This document shows positions 17,961-27,782 of a stretch of DNA of 64,000 bases, piece by piece. Both the position numbers and the translations under genes were made by a program. The notes below the pieces were generated by a model. It ran no database searches and had not been told where the DNA came from. It was given only the letters and a program-made list of their open reading frames with translations. This DNA is from an uncultured Collinsella sp. Its GTDB lineage: Bacteria; Actinomycetota; Coriobacteriia; Coriobacteriales; Coriobacteriaceae. Where the stretch lies: assembly GCA_900543015.1 (NCBI GenBank), contig UQPJ01000001.1:7283-71282 (forward strand), read 5' to 3'. Within the stretch, counting starts at the first letter, position 1; the number at the start of each line of letters is the position of its first letter.

Positions 17961-20900
17961 ATGAGTAAGTACACGAGGGGTCTCTTGGCGGTGATACTTG
18001 CCGTAGTGCTTGTGTTGCCGGCTGCAGCATTTGCCATGCTGCCCGAGGCCAACGCCAGGTCCAGCACCGGAATGGACGGGCCGACAGTAAGCGGAACGGT
18101 CGTCGACCCCGACACCAGCGGACGCTGGGAAATCTGGGCGGCCGGTCACAACGGTAACAAAGTAACGACTCAAAACGTCGGCCGAATCTGGACCGACAAG
18201 ACGGTCAAGAAAGCCGGAGAAAACGAAGCGTCAGATTTTGTGACTACGCTTTCGGCGATGTCCTCGACGTCTAATTCAACCGTAACGGTTACCACGCCAC
18301 TCGACATCGTGATGGTGCTGGACGCCTCTGGCTCGATGGATGATCATATGGGCGGTATAGACTCACCTAAGCGTATCGATGCGTTGAAGAACGCTGCGAA
18401 TAGCTTTATCGATACCATTGCCAAGCAAAACGAGGGCATCGAGGGCGTCAATAGGCAGCATAGGGTTGCCATTGTTAAGTTTGCGGGCAAGAAGTCCAAC
18501 GATATCGGCAACAATATGTATCGCGACGGAGGGTACTCCTACAATTACACCCAGGTTATGAAAGAATTGACCTACTGTTCCGGCAGCAATGCGGATGATC
18601 TCAAGAAGAATACAATTAATCAAATTCAGCCTGCCGGCGCCACGCGCGCCGACTATGGCCTAGAGCTGGCCGAGGGAATCACTATCACTTCTGGCCGCAA
18701 AGACGCCAAGAAGATTATTGTGTTCTTTACCGACGGTACGCCAACAAAGCAAAATAAATTCGATGCGGGTGTCGCCAACGCTGCCGTGACAGCTGCTAAG
18801 AACATGAAGGACAGCAAGGCCACCGTTTATACTATCGGCATCTTTGATGGCGCGGACCCCAGCGCTGGTATCCAGGATTCGGGAAAAAGCCAAAAAGAGA
18901 ACAAGTTCATGCACGCCGTTTCGAGCAACTACCCCAATGCCACGGCATGGGATACTCATGGTGCACGCGCGGAAAACTCCGACTACTACAAGTCGGCGAC
19001 CAATGCCGAAGAGCTCAAGAAGGTCTTCGACGACATCTCGCAGGCCATCACATCGGAGGCGCCTTATCCGACCGAAATCCATAAGGGATATGACAAGACC
19101 AAGTCTGGCTACATCACGTTTACCGACGAGCTGGGCGACTTTATGCAGGTCGATGGATTTACCGAAGTCGTCATCAACGGCACGCCGTTTACCGAGGCGA
19201 GCAAGACGTTCAATGAAGAAACCAATACCGACACATATGAGTTCACCGGCAAGGCAAAAGACCTGCTCATTACCGTGCAGCGTGCCGGCGATGACAATCC
19301 CCAGAAGGGCGATATCGTAACGGTTAACATTCCTGCATCGTTGATTCCGCTGAGCCACTTTAAGACCGTAGACGGCAAGCTTTCGGTCGACAGCGTTAAG
19401 CCCATCCAGGTGAAGTATGCTTCGAGCGTGAAGAGTGTTGCGCTCGACAACCTATTTACGCCTGAGAAGGTCACGGGGCTCAAGACTTACATCGAAAAGA
19501 ATACGACCGTTGCCGACGATGACAGCAAGACCGTGAGCTTCTACGCAAACAAGTGGAAGACCGGTGCGTTGGGTGATACGGTTGCGACCTTTGAGCCGGC
19601 CGATACCAACCGCTACTACTACTTCCAGAAGCAGACTCCCATTTACACCGATAAGGAATGCACGCAGCCTGCAAAGATTTCACTGGCAGAAAAAGGCACC
19701 TATTACTACAAGGATGAGTTTGAGGAGCAGGGCGAGAACAACGAGGCCAAGTCCGCCACTGCCGTCATCGAGTTTATCGGCGGCGACGCTGCGAAGTTTG
19801 ACGGCGCCATAGTTCGCGACAAGGACGATAACCTTTCGTTTAGCGTGGGAACCGCGCGCCTGGCCTTTATCGACGAGCTCCACACCACCAAGGAGGGTGT
19901 GGGCGGCAACTTGACCGAGACCGCGCTCGACGTGCTCAACCCCAGGTGGAACAACGTGTCCGCCAAGGCGGGTGCTACGCATGTCAATTCCTACTTGGGC
20001 AACAACGGCAAGATCAGCTATAAGTACGACATGACGCCGGCAAAGGTTGACACCAAGGCTAGCTTTGGCCTGACCAAGGTGCTCGAGGGACGCGAGTGGA
20101 CGAAAGAGGACAAGTTTGAGTTTGGTCTGACGTCCGAGAACGGTGCCCCGATGCCGAAGTCCACGACCGCGGTCGCGACCCAGGGCAACAAAGCCATCGA
20201 TTTCGGCGAGATTACCTACACCGAGCCCGGCACGTACGTTTATAAGGTCAGCGAGAAGAACGCCGGCCAAACTATCGATGGCATCACTTACAGTGGGAAT
20301 GTCGCGGAGATTACCGTGACGGTAACGCCCAACAAGAAGGGTGAGCTCAGCGCTGACGTACAGGTGACTTCGGGCGAGACTGAGTTCAAGAACACCTACG
20401 CTGCAAATTCCGTCGATTCAAGCGTCACCGACAAGATCAAGGTGACCAAGGTCCTGACCGGACGCGACCTCAAGGCCGGCGAGTTCAGCTTTGAGCTGCG
20501 CGAGGGTCTCGGCGAAGACGCGAAGGTTATCGAGACCGTCAAGAATGACGCCAACGGCAACGTTACGTTCAAGGCTATCAAGTACACCGAGATCGGTCAG
20601 CACATCTACACGCTGCACGAGGTCAAGGGCAATGCCGGCGGCATCACCTACGATGGCACGACCTACACCATCGTGACGACCATCAGCGATAACAACAAGA
20701 GCCAGCTGGTGGCTACGCACGAGCTGCAGGGCGCCGCCGAGGACGTTAAGAGCATTAAGTTCGAGAACTCCTACACCGCCACGCCCGTCGCGGCATCGCT
20801 CGTGGGTAAGAAGAACCTGCAGGTTCCTGATGGCTTGACCCCGGCCGATATTGCCGGCAAGTTCACCTTTACCGTGACCGGTGAAGAGGGCGCACCCATG

Positions 20901-23900
20901 CCCGCGAACGCGAGCGTGACCAATGATGCCAAGGGCAAGGTCGACTTTGGCAAGATCACCTTTACGCTCGACGACCTTAACAAGGCCCTGGGCGAGAAGC
21001 CCGAGAAGCGCGAGCACACCTTTACCTACACCGTGACCGAGTCTGGCGAGGTCGCTGGCGTGACCAACGACGCTAACGCCACGCGCAAGGTTTCCTACAC
21101 CGTGACCGATGACGGCAAGGGTAATCTGAGCGTATCCCACAAGCCGGACGGCGATGCGGCATTTGCGTTCACCAATACCTATAACGTGAAGCCTGTCGAG
21201 ACGAGCGTCACCGAACAGATTACCGCGACCAAGTTCCTGACCGGCCGCGACATGGCTGAGGGCGAGTTCTCCTTCGAGCTCGTCGAGGGCGGGGACAAGG
21301 ACGCCAAGGTCGTCGCCACCGGCAAGAACGCCGCCGATGGCAAGATCACGATGAGCGCCGTGAAGTACGACAAGGCCGGAACGCACGCTTACACGCTGCG
21401 CGAGGTCAAGGGCGGAACCACCAGCAAGGGCATTACCTACAGTGACGCCAAGTTCGCCATCGAGACGACCATCACCGATAACGGCGACGGCACGCTCAGC
21501 GCCCAGCATGTTCTGAAGAATGCTGAGGCTGCGATCTTCAAGAACACCTACAGCGTGACCCCGCTCGAGACCGAGCTCGACTTTGGCCTGAGCAAGGCTA
21601 TTGACGGTCGCGACTGGACGGATGGGGACGAGTTCAGCTTTACCATCACCGCCCCCGAAGGCACCCCGCTGCCCGATCCCGCAACCGTAACCGTGAGCAA
21701 GAGGGACGCGAAGGACGGCATCGCCGCCATCAAGTTCGGTAAGATCCACTACGCCGCTGCCGGAACCTATAAGTACGAGATTCGCGAGAACGCGGGCAGC
21801 ACGGTCGGCATGACGTATGACGCGCATGTCGCAACCGCCGAAGTGACCGTGACCGAGGACAGCGATGGCACCCTGACCGCCAACGTCACTAAGAAGGAAA
21901 ACGGACGCTTTACCAACACGTACCGCACTGAGCTCGATTACGCCGCGGCCGGCGGCCTCAAGCTCAGCAAGACCCTCTACGGACGCCCCATGACCGAGGG
22001 CCAGTTCACCTTTACCGTGACGCCCGCCGACGATGGTTCGGCTAGCGCACTTGGCCTGCTGCCCGGGGCCAACAACTATGAGTCCCCCGCAACGATAGAG
22101 GGAACAGTCGGCCAGATTGACATTCTGGCGGGCCATGAGGTCAAATTTACGCAGGCTGATGCCGGCAAGACCTTTACATACACCGTTGCCGAGAAGAATG
22201 ACGGCCAGCCGGGTTACACCTACGACGACGCTGTCCGCACCGTGACGATCGCCATCGCCGACGACACCGCCGGCACGCTCACCGCCACGACGACCGTCTC
22301 CGGCGGTTCCGAGGGCACGCTGGTGACCGAGTACAAGACCGGCGCGGCCGCGGTCGAGAGCGCCGTGGTCCCGTTCGTCAACAGCTATAGCGCTACGACC
22401 AACACGCCTGGTGGCACCGCTGCTCAGGTCGTTGCCGCCAAGACCCTGACCGGTCGCCCGATGGTTGACGGCGAGTTCTGGTTCGGTATCGCCTATCAGG
22501 GTGAGCTTGTGGGTTATGAAAATCTCAAGCCCAATATCGGTGGGCACGTGAGCTTTGATGCGCTGCACTACGACACCAAGATGCTTGCCGATCTTAAGTC
22601 TGCCGGGCTTGCCCATCGTACCGACAAGGACGGTAAGCTTGCTTGGACCATTAACTACACGGCCTACGAAGCTATACACGGGCTGCCGAACGGCGTTTCC
22701 GCTACAACGTGGTACTTTGGCTTTAAGGTTATCGTCGTCGATAACGGTGACGGTACCCTGACGGCAACGGTCGACTACGGTGGCATCGAGCCCTTGTTCG
22801 AGAACGTCTACGGCGCCGATGCCGTTGACGCCGCGCTTGCCGGCACCAAGAAGCTCCAGGCAGCTGAGGGCCTGACCCCGTCCGACATCGCAGGTAAGTT
22901 TACCTTTACCGTGACCGCTGACGAGGCGGGTGCCCCGATGCCCGAGCACACGACCGCAACCAACGACACGGCCGGCAACGTGGACTTTGGCAAGATCCAC
23001 TTTACGCTCGAGGACCTCAACCGCGCCCTGGGCGTGACAGACGATGCGACCGATAAGGCCGAAGCAGACGAAGCTGACGAGGTCGAGGCCGACAAGGCAG
23101 AGGCTGAAGAGGCCGACACCGACGCTGATGCCAACGCCGACGAGCCCAGCGACGAGTCCGAGCCCGCAGCCCCCACCGCCCCGCGCTCGCACACCTTTAC
23201 CTACACGGTGACCGAGTCCGGTAGCGCCCCTGGCGTGACTAACGACGCCAACGCCACGCGCAAGGTCTCCTACACCTTGACTGACGACGGCGCTGGGCAC
23301 CTGATCGTCAAGCGCGAAGGCGACGGCGGCGCTGCCTTCACGTTCACCAACACCTACAGCGTGGCACCCACCGATTCTTCCGTGACCGATCAGGTCAAGA
23401 CGGTCAAGCGTCTGACCGGACGCGACCTTGCAGCCGGCGAGTTCACGTTTGATCTGCTCGAGGACGGCGTGGTTGTCGCTAGCGGCACCAACGACGCCAA
23501 CGGCACCGTTACGCTGAGCCCGATCCGCTACGAGGCACCCGGCACGCACATGTACACGCTGCGCGAGGCTTGCCCCAACGCGCTCGGCCTGTACAAGGGC
23601 GTCACCTATGACGGCGCGACCTATACCGTCGTGACCACCGTCTCCGACAACGGCGACGGCACGCTGACCGCGACGCACAAGCTCGAGGGAACCACCGAGT
23701 CGGCTGGCTTTACTAACAAGTATCACGCCATGCCCACGCAGGTTTCCATCGGCGCCATCAAGGTACTCGAGGGACGCGAGCTCAAGAAGGACGAGTTTAG
23801 CTTTAAGCTCGTTGGCGAGGACATCGAGTCCACCGTCACCAACGATGCCGACGGCAAGATCAACTTCGACAAGTTCGAGTACGACGAGCCCGGTACGTAC

Positions 23901-24257
23901 GTCTACACCATCAGCGAGGTCAAGGGCGACGAGGCCAGTATGACCTATGACAAGTCCGTCTTTACCGCGACCGTCAACGTGGTCGACGACGGCGAGGGCA
24001 ACCTCAAGGCGAACGTCACCTTTACCAAGGGCGACAAGAGTGTCGAGGGTATCGTGTTCAACAACACGTACAAGAAGCCCGAGACGCCCGTGCCGACGCC
24101 CGATCCCGGCACGCCCAAGACCGTGACGAACATCGTCAAGACGGTCAAGGGTTTCCTGCCCACCACGGGTGACCAGCAGGCCGCTGCACTGCTCATGGCA
24201 TTTGTCATCGCCATGGCCGGCGTCGGAGCCCTGGTCTGGGGTATCCGTAAGCGCTAG
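17961..24257 (+). CDS. Large sortase-anchored adhesin: signal peptide, vWA domain, tandem Spy0128/FctA-like domains, LPXTG
   Basis: N-terminal signal peptide; DIVMVLDASGSM MIDAS motif and FFTDG; repeated K.L.GR..F.F...G.Y.Y...E...Y...F.N.Y modules; LPTTG, TM segment and RKR tail. Confidence 0.92.
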   Translation: MSKYTRGLLAVILAVVLVLPAAAFAMLPEANARSSTGMDGPTVSGTVVDPDTSGRWEIWAAGHNGNKVTTQNVGRIWTDKTVKKAGENEASDFVTTLSAMSSTSNSTVTVTTPLDIVMVLDASGSMDDHMGGIDSPKRIDALKNAANSFIDTIAKQNEGIEGVNRQHRVAIVKFAGKKSNDIGNNMYRDGGYSYNYTQVMKELTYCSGSNADDLKKNTINQIQPAGATRADYGLELAEGITITSGRKDAKKIIVFFTDGTPTKQNKFDAGVANAAVTAAKNMKDSKATVYTIGIFDGADPSAGIQDSGKSQKENKFMHAVSSNYPNATAWDTHGARAENSDYYKSATNAEELKKVFDDISQAITSEAPYPTEIHKGYDKTKSGYITFTDELGDFMQVDGFTEVVINGTPFTEASKTFNEETNTDTYEFTGKAKDLLITVQRAGDDNPQKGDIVTVNIPASLIPLSHFKTVDGKLSVDSVKPIQVKYASSVKSVALDNLFTPEKVTGLKTYIEKNTTVADDDSKTVSFYANKWKTGALGDTVATFEPADTNRYYYFQKQTPIYTDKECTQPAKISLAEKGTYYYKDEFEEQGENNEAKSATAVIEFIGGDAAKFDGAIVRDKDDNLSFSVGTARLAFIDELHTTKEGVGGNLTETALDVLNPRWNNVSAKAGATHVNSYLGNNGKISYKYDMTPAKVDTKASFGLTKVLEGREWTKEDKFEFGLTSENGAPMPKSTTAVATQGNKAIDFGEITYTEPGTYVYKVSEKNAGQTIDGITYSGNVAEITVTVTPNKKGELSADVQVTSGETEFKNTYAANSVDSSVTDKIKVTKVLTGRDLKAGEFSFELREGLGEDAKVIETVKNDANGNVTFKAIKYTEIGQHIYTLHEVKGNAGGITYDGTTYTIVTTISDNNKSQLVATHELQGAAEDVKSIKFENSYTATPVAASLVGKKNLQVPDGLTPADIAGKFTFTVTGEEGAPMPANASVTNDAKGKVDFGKITFTLDDLNKALGEKPEKREHTFTYTVTESGEVAGVTNDANATRKVSYTVTDDGKGNLSVSHKPDGDAAFAFTNTYNVKPVETSVTEQITATKFLTGRDMAEGEFSFELVEGGDKDAKVVATGKNAADGKITMSAVKYDKAGTHAYTLREVKGGTTSKGITYSDAKFAIETTITDNGDGTLSAQHVLKNAEAAIFKNTYSVTPLETELDFGLSKAIDGRDWTDGDEFSFTITAPEGTPLPDPATVTVSKRDAKDGIAAIKFGKIHYAAAGTYKYEIRENAGSTVGMTYDAHVATAEVTVTEDSDGTLTANVTKKENGRFTNTYRTELDYAAAGGLKLSKTLYGRPMTEGQFTFTVTPADDGSASALGLLPGANNYESPATIEGTVGQIDILAGHEVKFTQADAGKTFTYTVAEKNDGQPGYTYDDAVRTVTIAIADDTAGTLTATTTVSGGSEGTLVTEYKTGAAAVESAVVPFVNSYSATTNTPGGTAAQVVAAKTLTGRPMVDGEFWFGIAYQGELVGYENLKPNIGGHVSFDALHYDTKMLADLKSAGLAHRTDKDGKLAWTINYTAYEAIHGLPNGVSATTWYFGFKVIVVDNGDGTLTATVDYGGIEPLFENVYGADAVDAALAGTKKLQAAEGLTPSDIAGKFTFTVTADEAGAPMPEHTTATNDTAGNVDFGKIHFTLEDLNRALGVTDDATDKAEADEADEVEADKAEAEEADTDADANADEPSDESEPAAPTAPRSHTFTYTVTESGSAPGVTNDANATRKVSYTLTDDGAGHLIVKREGDGGAAFTFTNTYSVAPTDSSVTDQVKTVKRLTGRDLAAGEFTFDLLEDGVVVASGTNDANGTVTLSPIRYEAPGTHMYTLREACPNALGLYKGVTYDGATYTVVTTVSDNGDGTLTATHKLEGTTESAGFTNKYHAMPTQVSIGAIKVLEGRELKKDEFSFKLVGEDIESTVTNDADGKINFDKFEYDEPGTYVYTISEVKGDEASMTYDKSVFTATVNVVDDGEGNLKANVTFTKGDKSVEGIVFNNTYKKPETPVPTPDPGTPKTVTNIVKTVKGFLPTTGDQQAAALLMAFVIAMAGVGALVWGIRKR

Positions 24258-24396
24258 GCACGCTGGCAGCGCCCGGGGCCAAAAGGCCCCGGGCGGTCGG
24301 CGGGGAGCCAGAACATAGCCCCACCCCCCCCCCCCCCGCCACGGAGACGTCTCCCTTCTCCGTGGCGGCACTTTTGTGCGCAGGGGAGGAAGGGCC

Positions 24397-24605
24397 GCCA
24401 CGAAATCGGCCCATCTACTACGTTTATCCCCTTACCCCCAACCATGCCAAAAAACGCGAAAACAAAACCGCAGGTAGAACGCCTGCGATTTTCTGGAAAA
24501 CGGGGGTGTGGTTGGGGGTATCGAGTCAAACGTAGTAGATGGGCCGATTTCGTGGTTGGCGCCGCCAAATGATCCCCCGGGGACGGAGGAAAACGGATCA
24601 TTTTT
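24397..24605. repeat. Family-B element plus G motif
   Basis: Arms at 24413-24425 and 24528-24540; same orientation as 17577-17785. Confidence 0.92.
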
Positions 24606-24650
24606 GGCCCCACACGGCTGGTGGGTGCGTTCGCGCAGGACCGTTCAAAC

Positions 24651-24802
24651 AAAACTATGCCGGTTTACGGGGCTAAACTCAGGACTCCCATCCATACCAG
24701 CGTTTTCTGCAAAATGACGGCTCGTCTACCTGCGGTTTTATTTTCACGAATATCGGCATGGTTGGGGACTCGTGACTCAGCCCCGGAAACCGGCATAGTT
24801 TT
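24651..24802. repeat. Family-A element, 152 bp
   Basis: 24-bp TIR with one mismatch; core inverted relative to 17331-17482. Confidence 0.92.
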
Positions 24803-24863
24803 GAAATGGCATTAAATCGGTAGCAGTCATTTTGCTATGCCGGAGCGGTCGGCCGTTGGGCAA

Positions 24864-25493
24864 CTACCCTCGCAGGTAGGCGATGGCGATCTGCGTGCGG
24901 TTGCGCAGGCCCATTTTGGCTAGGATCGAGCTGATGTGGTTGCGCACGGTGCCTTCGCCCATATAGGCGGTGGCAGCGATCTCCTTGTTGTCGAGGCCGC
25001 GGGCGATGAGCTCGGCGACTTCGAACTCGCGGTCGGTCAGGCCGGCAAAGGCCGCGGGCCGGCGGGTCGCGCCGGCCTCGTCGTCCGCCCCATCAAAATC
25101 GATGTCCTCGATCGCCTTGCCCTCGAGCACGCGTTTACCGTCCATGACCTGCGCCAACGCTGGCGGGATGGCGGCGACATCGGTTTTAATCAGGTAACCG
25201 CGGGCGCCCAGCTTGAGCGCCGACACAATGTACTCGTCATCCGAGAACGTCGTCAGAAATACCACGCGCGCCGCAGGGTCGCGCTCAAGGATCTCGCGCG
25301 CGGCCGAAAGGCCGTCGCGTCCCGGCATCTGGATGTCGAGCAGCGCGATGTCGGGCGAGTGCTCGGCGTAGAGCGCGACCGCGTCGTCGCCATTGGCGCC
25401 GGTGCCCACTACCTCGATCTGCGTCTGGACGCCCAGGATAATCTTGAGCGAATCGACTACCAAACGGTCGTCGTCGACAACTATGAGCCTCAT
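24864..25493 (-). CDS. NarL/LuxR-family response regulator
   Basis: VVDDD, LLDIQMP, LTTF, GYLIK; LTDREFEV...GLDNKEIA...GTVRNHISSIL. Confidence 0.93.
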   Translation of the reverse strand: MRLIVVDDDRLVVDSLKIILGVQTQIEVVGTGANGDDAVALYAEHSPDIALLDIQMPGRDGLSAAREILERDPAARVVFLTTFSDDEYIVSALKLGARGYLIKTDVAAIPPALAQVMDGKRVLEGKAIEDIDFDGADDEAGATRRPAAFAGLTDREFEVAELIARGLDNKEIAATAYMGEGTVRNHISSILAKMGLRNRTQIAIAYLRG

Positions 25494-26635
25494 CGGGCCT
25501 CATCTCCTTGCTGTTTGGGAACGGTGGCAAACACACGCCAGCCGCCGGCGCCGGCGCGCGGGCCGGCGGTGAAAGTGCCGCCAAGCGCCTCGACGCGCTC
25601 GCGCATGGAGCCGAGCCCCATGCCCTCCGCGGCGCCGCGGCCGCTTGCTTGGACCCCGCCCGTGCCATCATCGGTGACGATGAGCTGGTAAAACGACGGA
25701 TGCTCCATGCACCGTACGGCGACGGTCTGGGCGCAAGCATGGCGCATGGTGTTGGAGAGCGCCTCGCGCAGGACCGCCGCAAAGCAGTTGGCGACATTTG
25801 CGGGCGCATGCTCGGCCATAACTTCAAGCTCAATCTGCGGGCCGCCGTCCGAGCGCGCGCCTTCAACAATGCGTTCGAGCTGCACGGAGAGGTCGACGGC
25901 GTTGTTGTTGAGCGCGTGGACGCTGGCACGTACGAGCTGGAGCGCCTCGTCAACGGTGTGCTTGACGTCGGCGAAATCGCCGGCGACGCCGGGCTCGTCG
26001 GCGTGGACCACGCGCAGGGCTTCGGCCTGCAGTGAGGCGCGCGTGAGCTGGTGCCCGACGTTATCGTGGATCTCGCGCGCGATGCGGGCTCGCTCGGCGA
26101 GTGTCGCGAGCTCGACTTCGTAGTCCTGGCGGTCGGCAAGATCGCGGTTGCGCGCCTCGAGCGCGAGGGCTCGTTCCTGCAGCTCGTCACGGGTACGGCG
26201 CATGCGCTGCTGCTCGCGCTCCAACTGGGCGGTACGTAGCGATAGCAAGGTGGCGGCAACCGAAAGGATGGCGGTCAGCAGGAGCGTTCGGGCGGTGAGC
26301 GCGTCGGCGCGAAGGTTCGCGACGAGCGCAAAGACAAAGGCGACGCCAATGCCCAACGCGACCCAAACGCGTTCACGGCGCACGCGCCGCGCGATGTCAT
26401 AGAGGGCGAGGGGCGCAAACGGCACAAACGGCGGCACGAAGACAGCCGCGATGATGTAAGCGTAACTCGCGGCCTCGCTGGCGCGACGGGCGCGCTCTCC
26501 CTGCGCGAGCTCGGCCAGTGAGGTGGTAATAACGCCAAGGCAAAACGCCGCGACCAGGCGAGCATCCACAGCAAGGCCCAGAGCGGCTGCGATGCAGCAC
26601 GCTAGCACGATCGATTTGTCGAAAAGCCTGTTCAT
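25490..26635 (-). CDS. HisKA_3 sensor histidine kinase
   Basis: TM helices, ERARIAREIHDNVGHQL, REALSNTMRHA, DDGTG, GMGLGSMRER; start set at ATG 26635. Confidence 0.9.
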   Translation of the reverse strand: MNRLFDKSIVLACCIAAALGLAVDARLVAAFCLGVITTSLAELAQGERARRASEAASYAYIIAAVFVPPFVPFAPLALYDIARRVRRERVWVALGIGVAFVFALVANLRADALTARTLLLTAILSVAATLLSLRTAQLEREQQRMRRTRDELQERALALEARNRDLADRQDYEVELATLAERARIAREIHDNVGHQLTRASLQAEALRVVHADEPGVAGDFADVKHTVDEALQLVRASVHALNNNAVDLSVQLERIVEGARSDGGPQIELEVMAEHAPANVANCFAAVLREALSNTMRHACAQTVAVRCMEHPSFYQLIVTDDGTGGVQASGRGAAEGMGLGSMRERVEALGGTFTAGPRAGAGGWRVFATVPKQQGDEAR

Positions 26636-26752
26636 GTGGGTATTGTACGCGAAGCTGCGCGTGGTGGAGGGGCCGCCTGCGCAACCGTGACATTCCTCCC
26701 GCGCGGCAAAGCGGGGGCGTCGGCAGGCCGCACGACCAAGACCTCCGCACTC

Positions 26753-26766
26753 GTGACAAAGCTCAC
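26753..26766. promoter_or_regulatory. Putative response-regulator operator
   Basis: GTGA-N6-TCAC palindrome upstream of the ABC operon; related site GTGACATTCCTCCC at 26687. Confidence 0.45.
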
Positions 26767-26834
26767 TGGCGCGCGCCGCCGGCTCCTGCGATGATGCAAT
26801 CGTACCGGGCCGCAAGCAACAGAAGGGCCGCCTC

Positions 26835-27773
26835 ATGACAGACATCGTCCATGTCGAAAACCTCGTCAAGCGCTATGACGATCTTATTGCGCTCGACCAC
26901 TTTAACCTGAACATCGCCCCCGGCGAGATCTTTGGCCTGCTGGGCCCCAACGGCTCGGGCAAAACCACGTCCATCAACTGTATTCTGCAGCTGCTTGCCT
27001 ACGACAAAGGCACCATCGAGCTGTTCGGCGAGCCCATGACGCCCGCCCGCTACGACCTCAAGCGCCGCATGGGCGTGGTGCCGCAGCAGGTGGCGGTGTT
27101 CGACGAGCTCACAGTGCGCGAGAACATCGACTATTTCTGTAGCCTGTACGTCAACGACCGCAAGCGCCGCCGCGCGCTGGTGGACGAGGCGATCGACTTT
27201 GTCGGCCTGGGCGACTTTACCAAGTTCCGCCCCGGCAAGCTCTCGGGCGGCCTGGCGCGTCGTCTCAACATCGCCTGCGGCATCGCGCACAAGCCCGAGC
27301 TCATCTTCTTTGACGAGCCCACGGTGGCGGTCGATCCGCAGAGCCGCAACGCCATCCTGGAGGGCATCTGCCGCCTGCGCGACGAGGGCGCCACGGTGGT
27401 GTATACCAGCCATTACATGGAGGAGGTCGAGCAGATCTGCAGCCGCATCATGATCATGGACGGCGGCCGCGTGCTGGCGCAGGGCACCAACGACGAGCTC
27501 AAGCGCATGATTCAGATGGGCGAGAAGATTGTAATCGAGGTCGGCGAGGTTCCGAGTGCGGCGCTCGGTGCCGTCGCAAGCCTGCCGCACGTTCTGGACC
27601 TTTCGGCAACGGCGGGACAGCTCACGTTTTCGTGCGAAGCGAGCCCGCACAACCTGACGGACATTCTCGATGCGCTGCGCTCGCATGACGTGCCGCTCGG
27701 CCGCATCTATTCCGAACCGCCGACCCTCAACGACGTGTTCCTCGAGATCACCGGCCGCGAGCTGCGCGACTAG
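26835..27773 (+). CDS. ABC-2 exporter ATP-binding subunit
   Basis: GPNGSGKT, LSGG, FFDEP, YTSHY; C-terminal PTLNDVFLEITG. Confidence 0.93.
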   Translation: MTDIVHVENLVKRYDDLIALDHFNLNIAPGEIFGLLGPNGSGKTTSINCILQLLAYDKGTIELFGEPMTPARYDLKRRMGVVPQQVAVFDELTVRENIDYFCSLYVNDRKRRRALVDEAIDFVGLGDFTKFRPGKLSGGLARRLNIACGIAHKPELIFFDEPTVAVDPQSRNAILEGICRLRDEGATVVYTSHYMEEVEQICSRIMIMDGGRVLAQGTNDELKRMIQMGEKIVIEVGEVPSAALGAVASLPHVLDLSATAGQLTFSCEASPHNLTDILDALRSHDVPLGRIYSEPPTLNDVFLEITGRELRD

Positions 27774-27782
27774 GGGGCGGCC

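Noticed and set aside
20418..24401. Long antisense ORFs (1327 aa here; also 8215-10467, 37342-39915, 62142-63728 and others)
   Set aside because: Shadow frames of high-GC genes with no recognisable motifs
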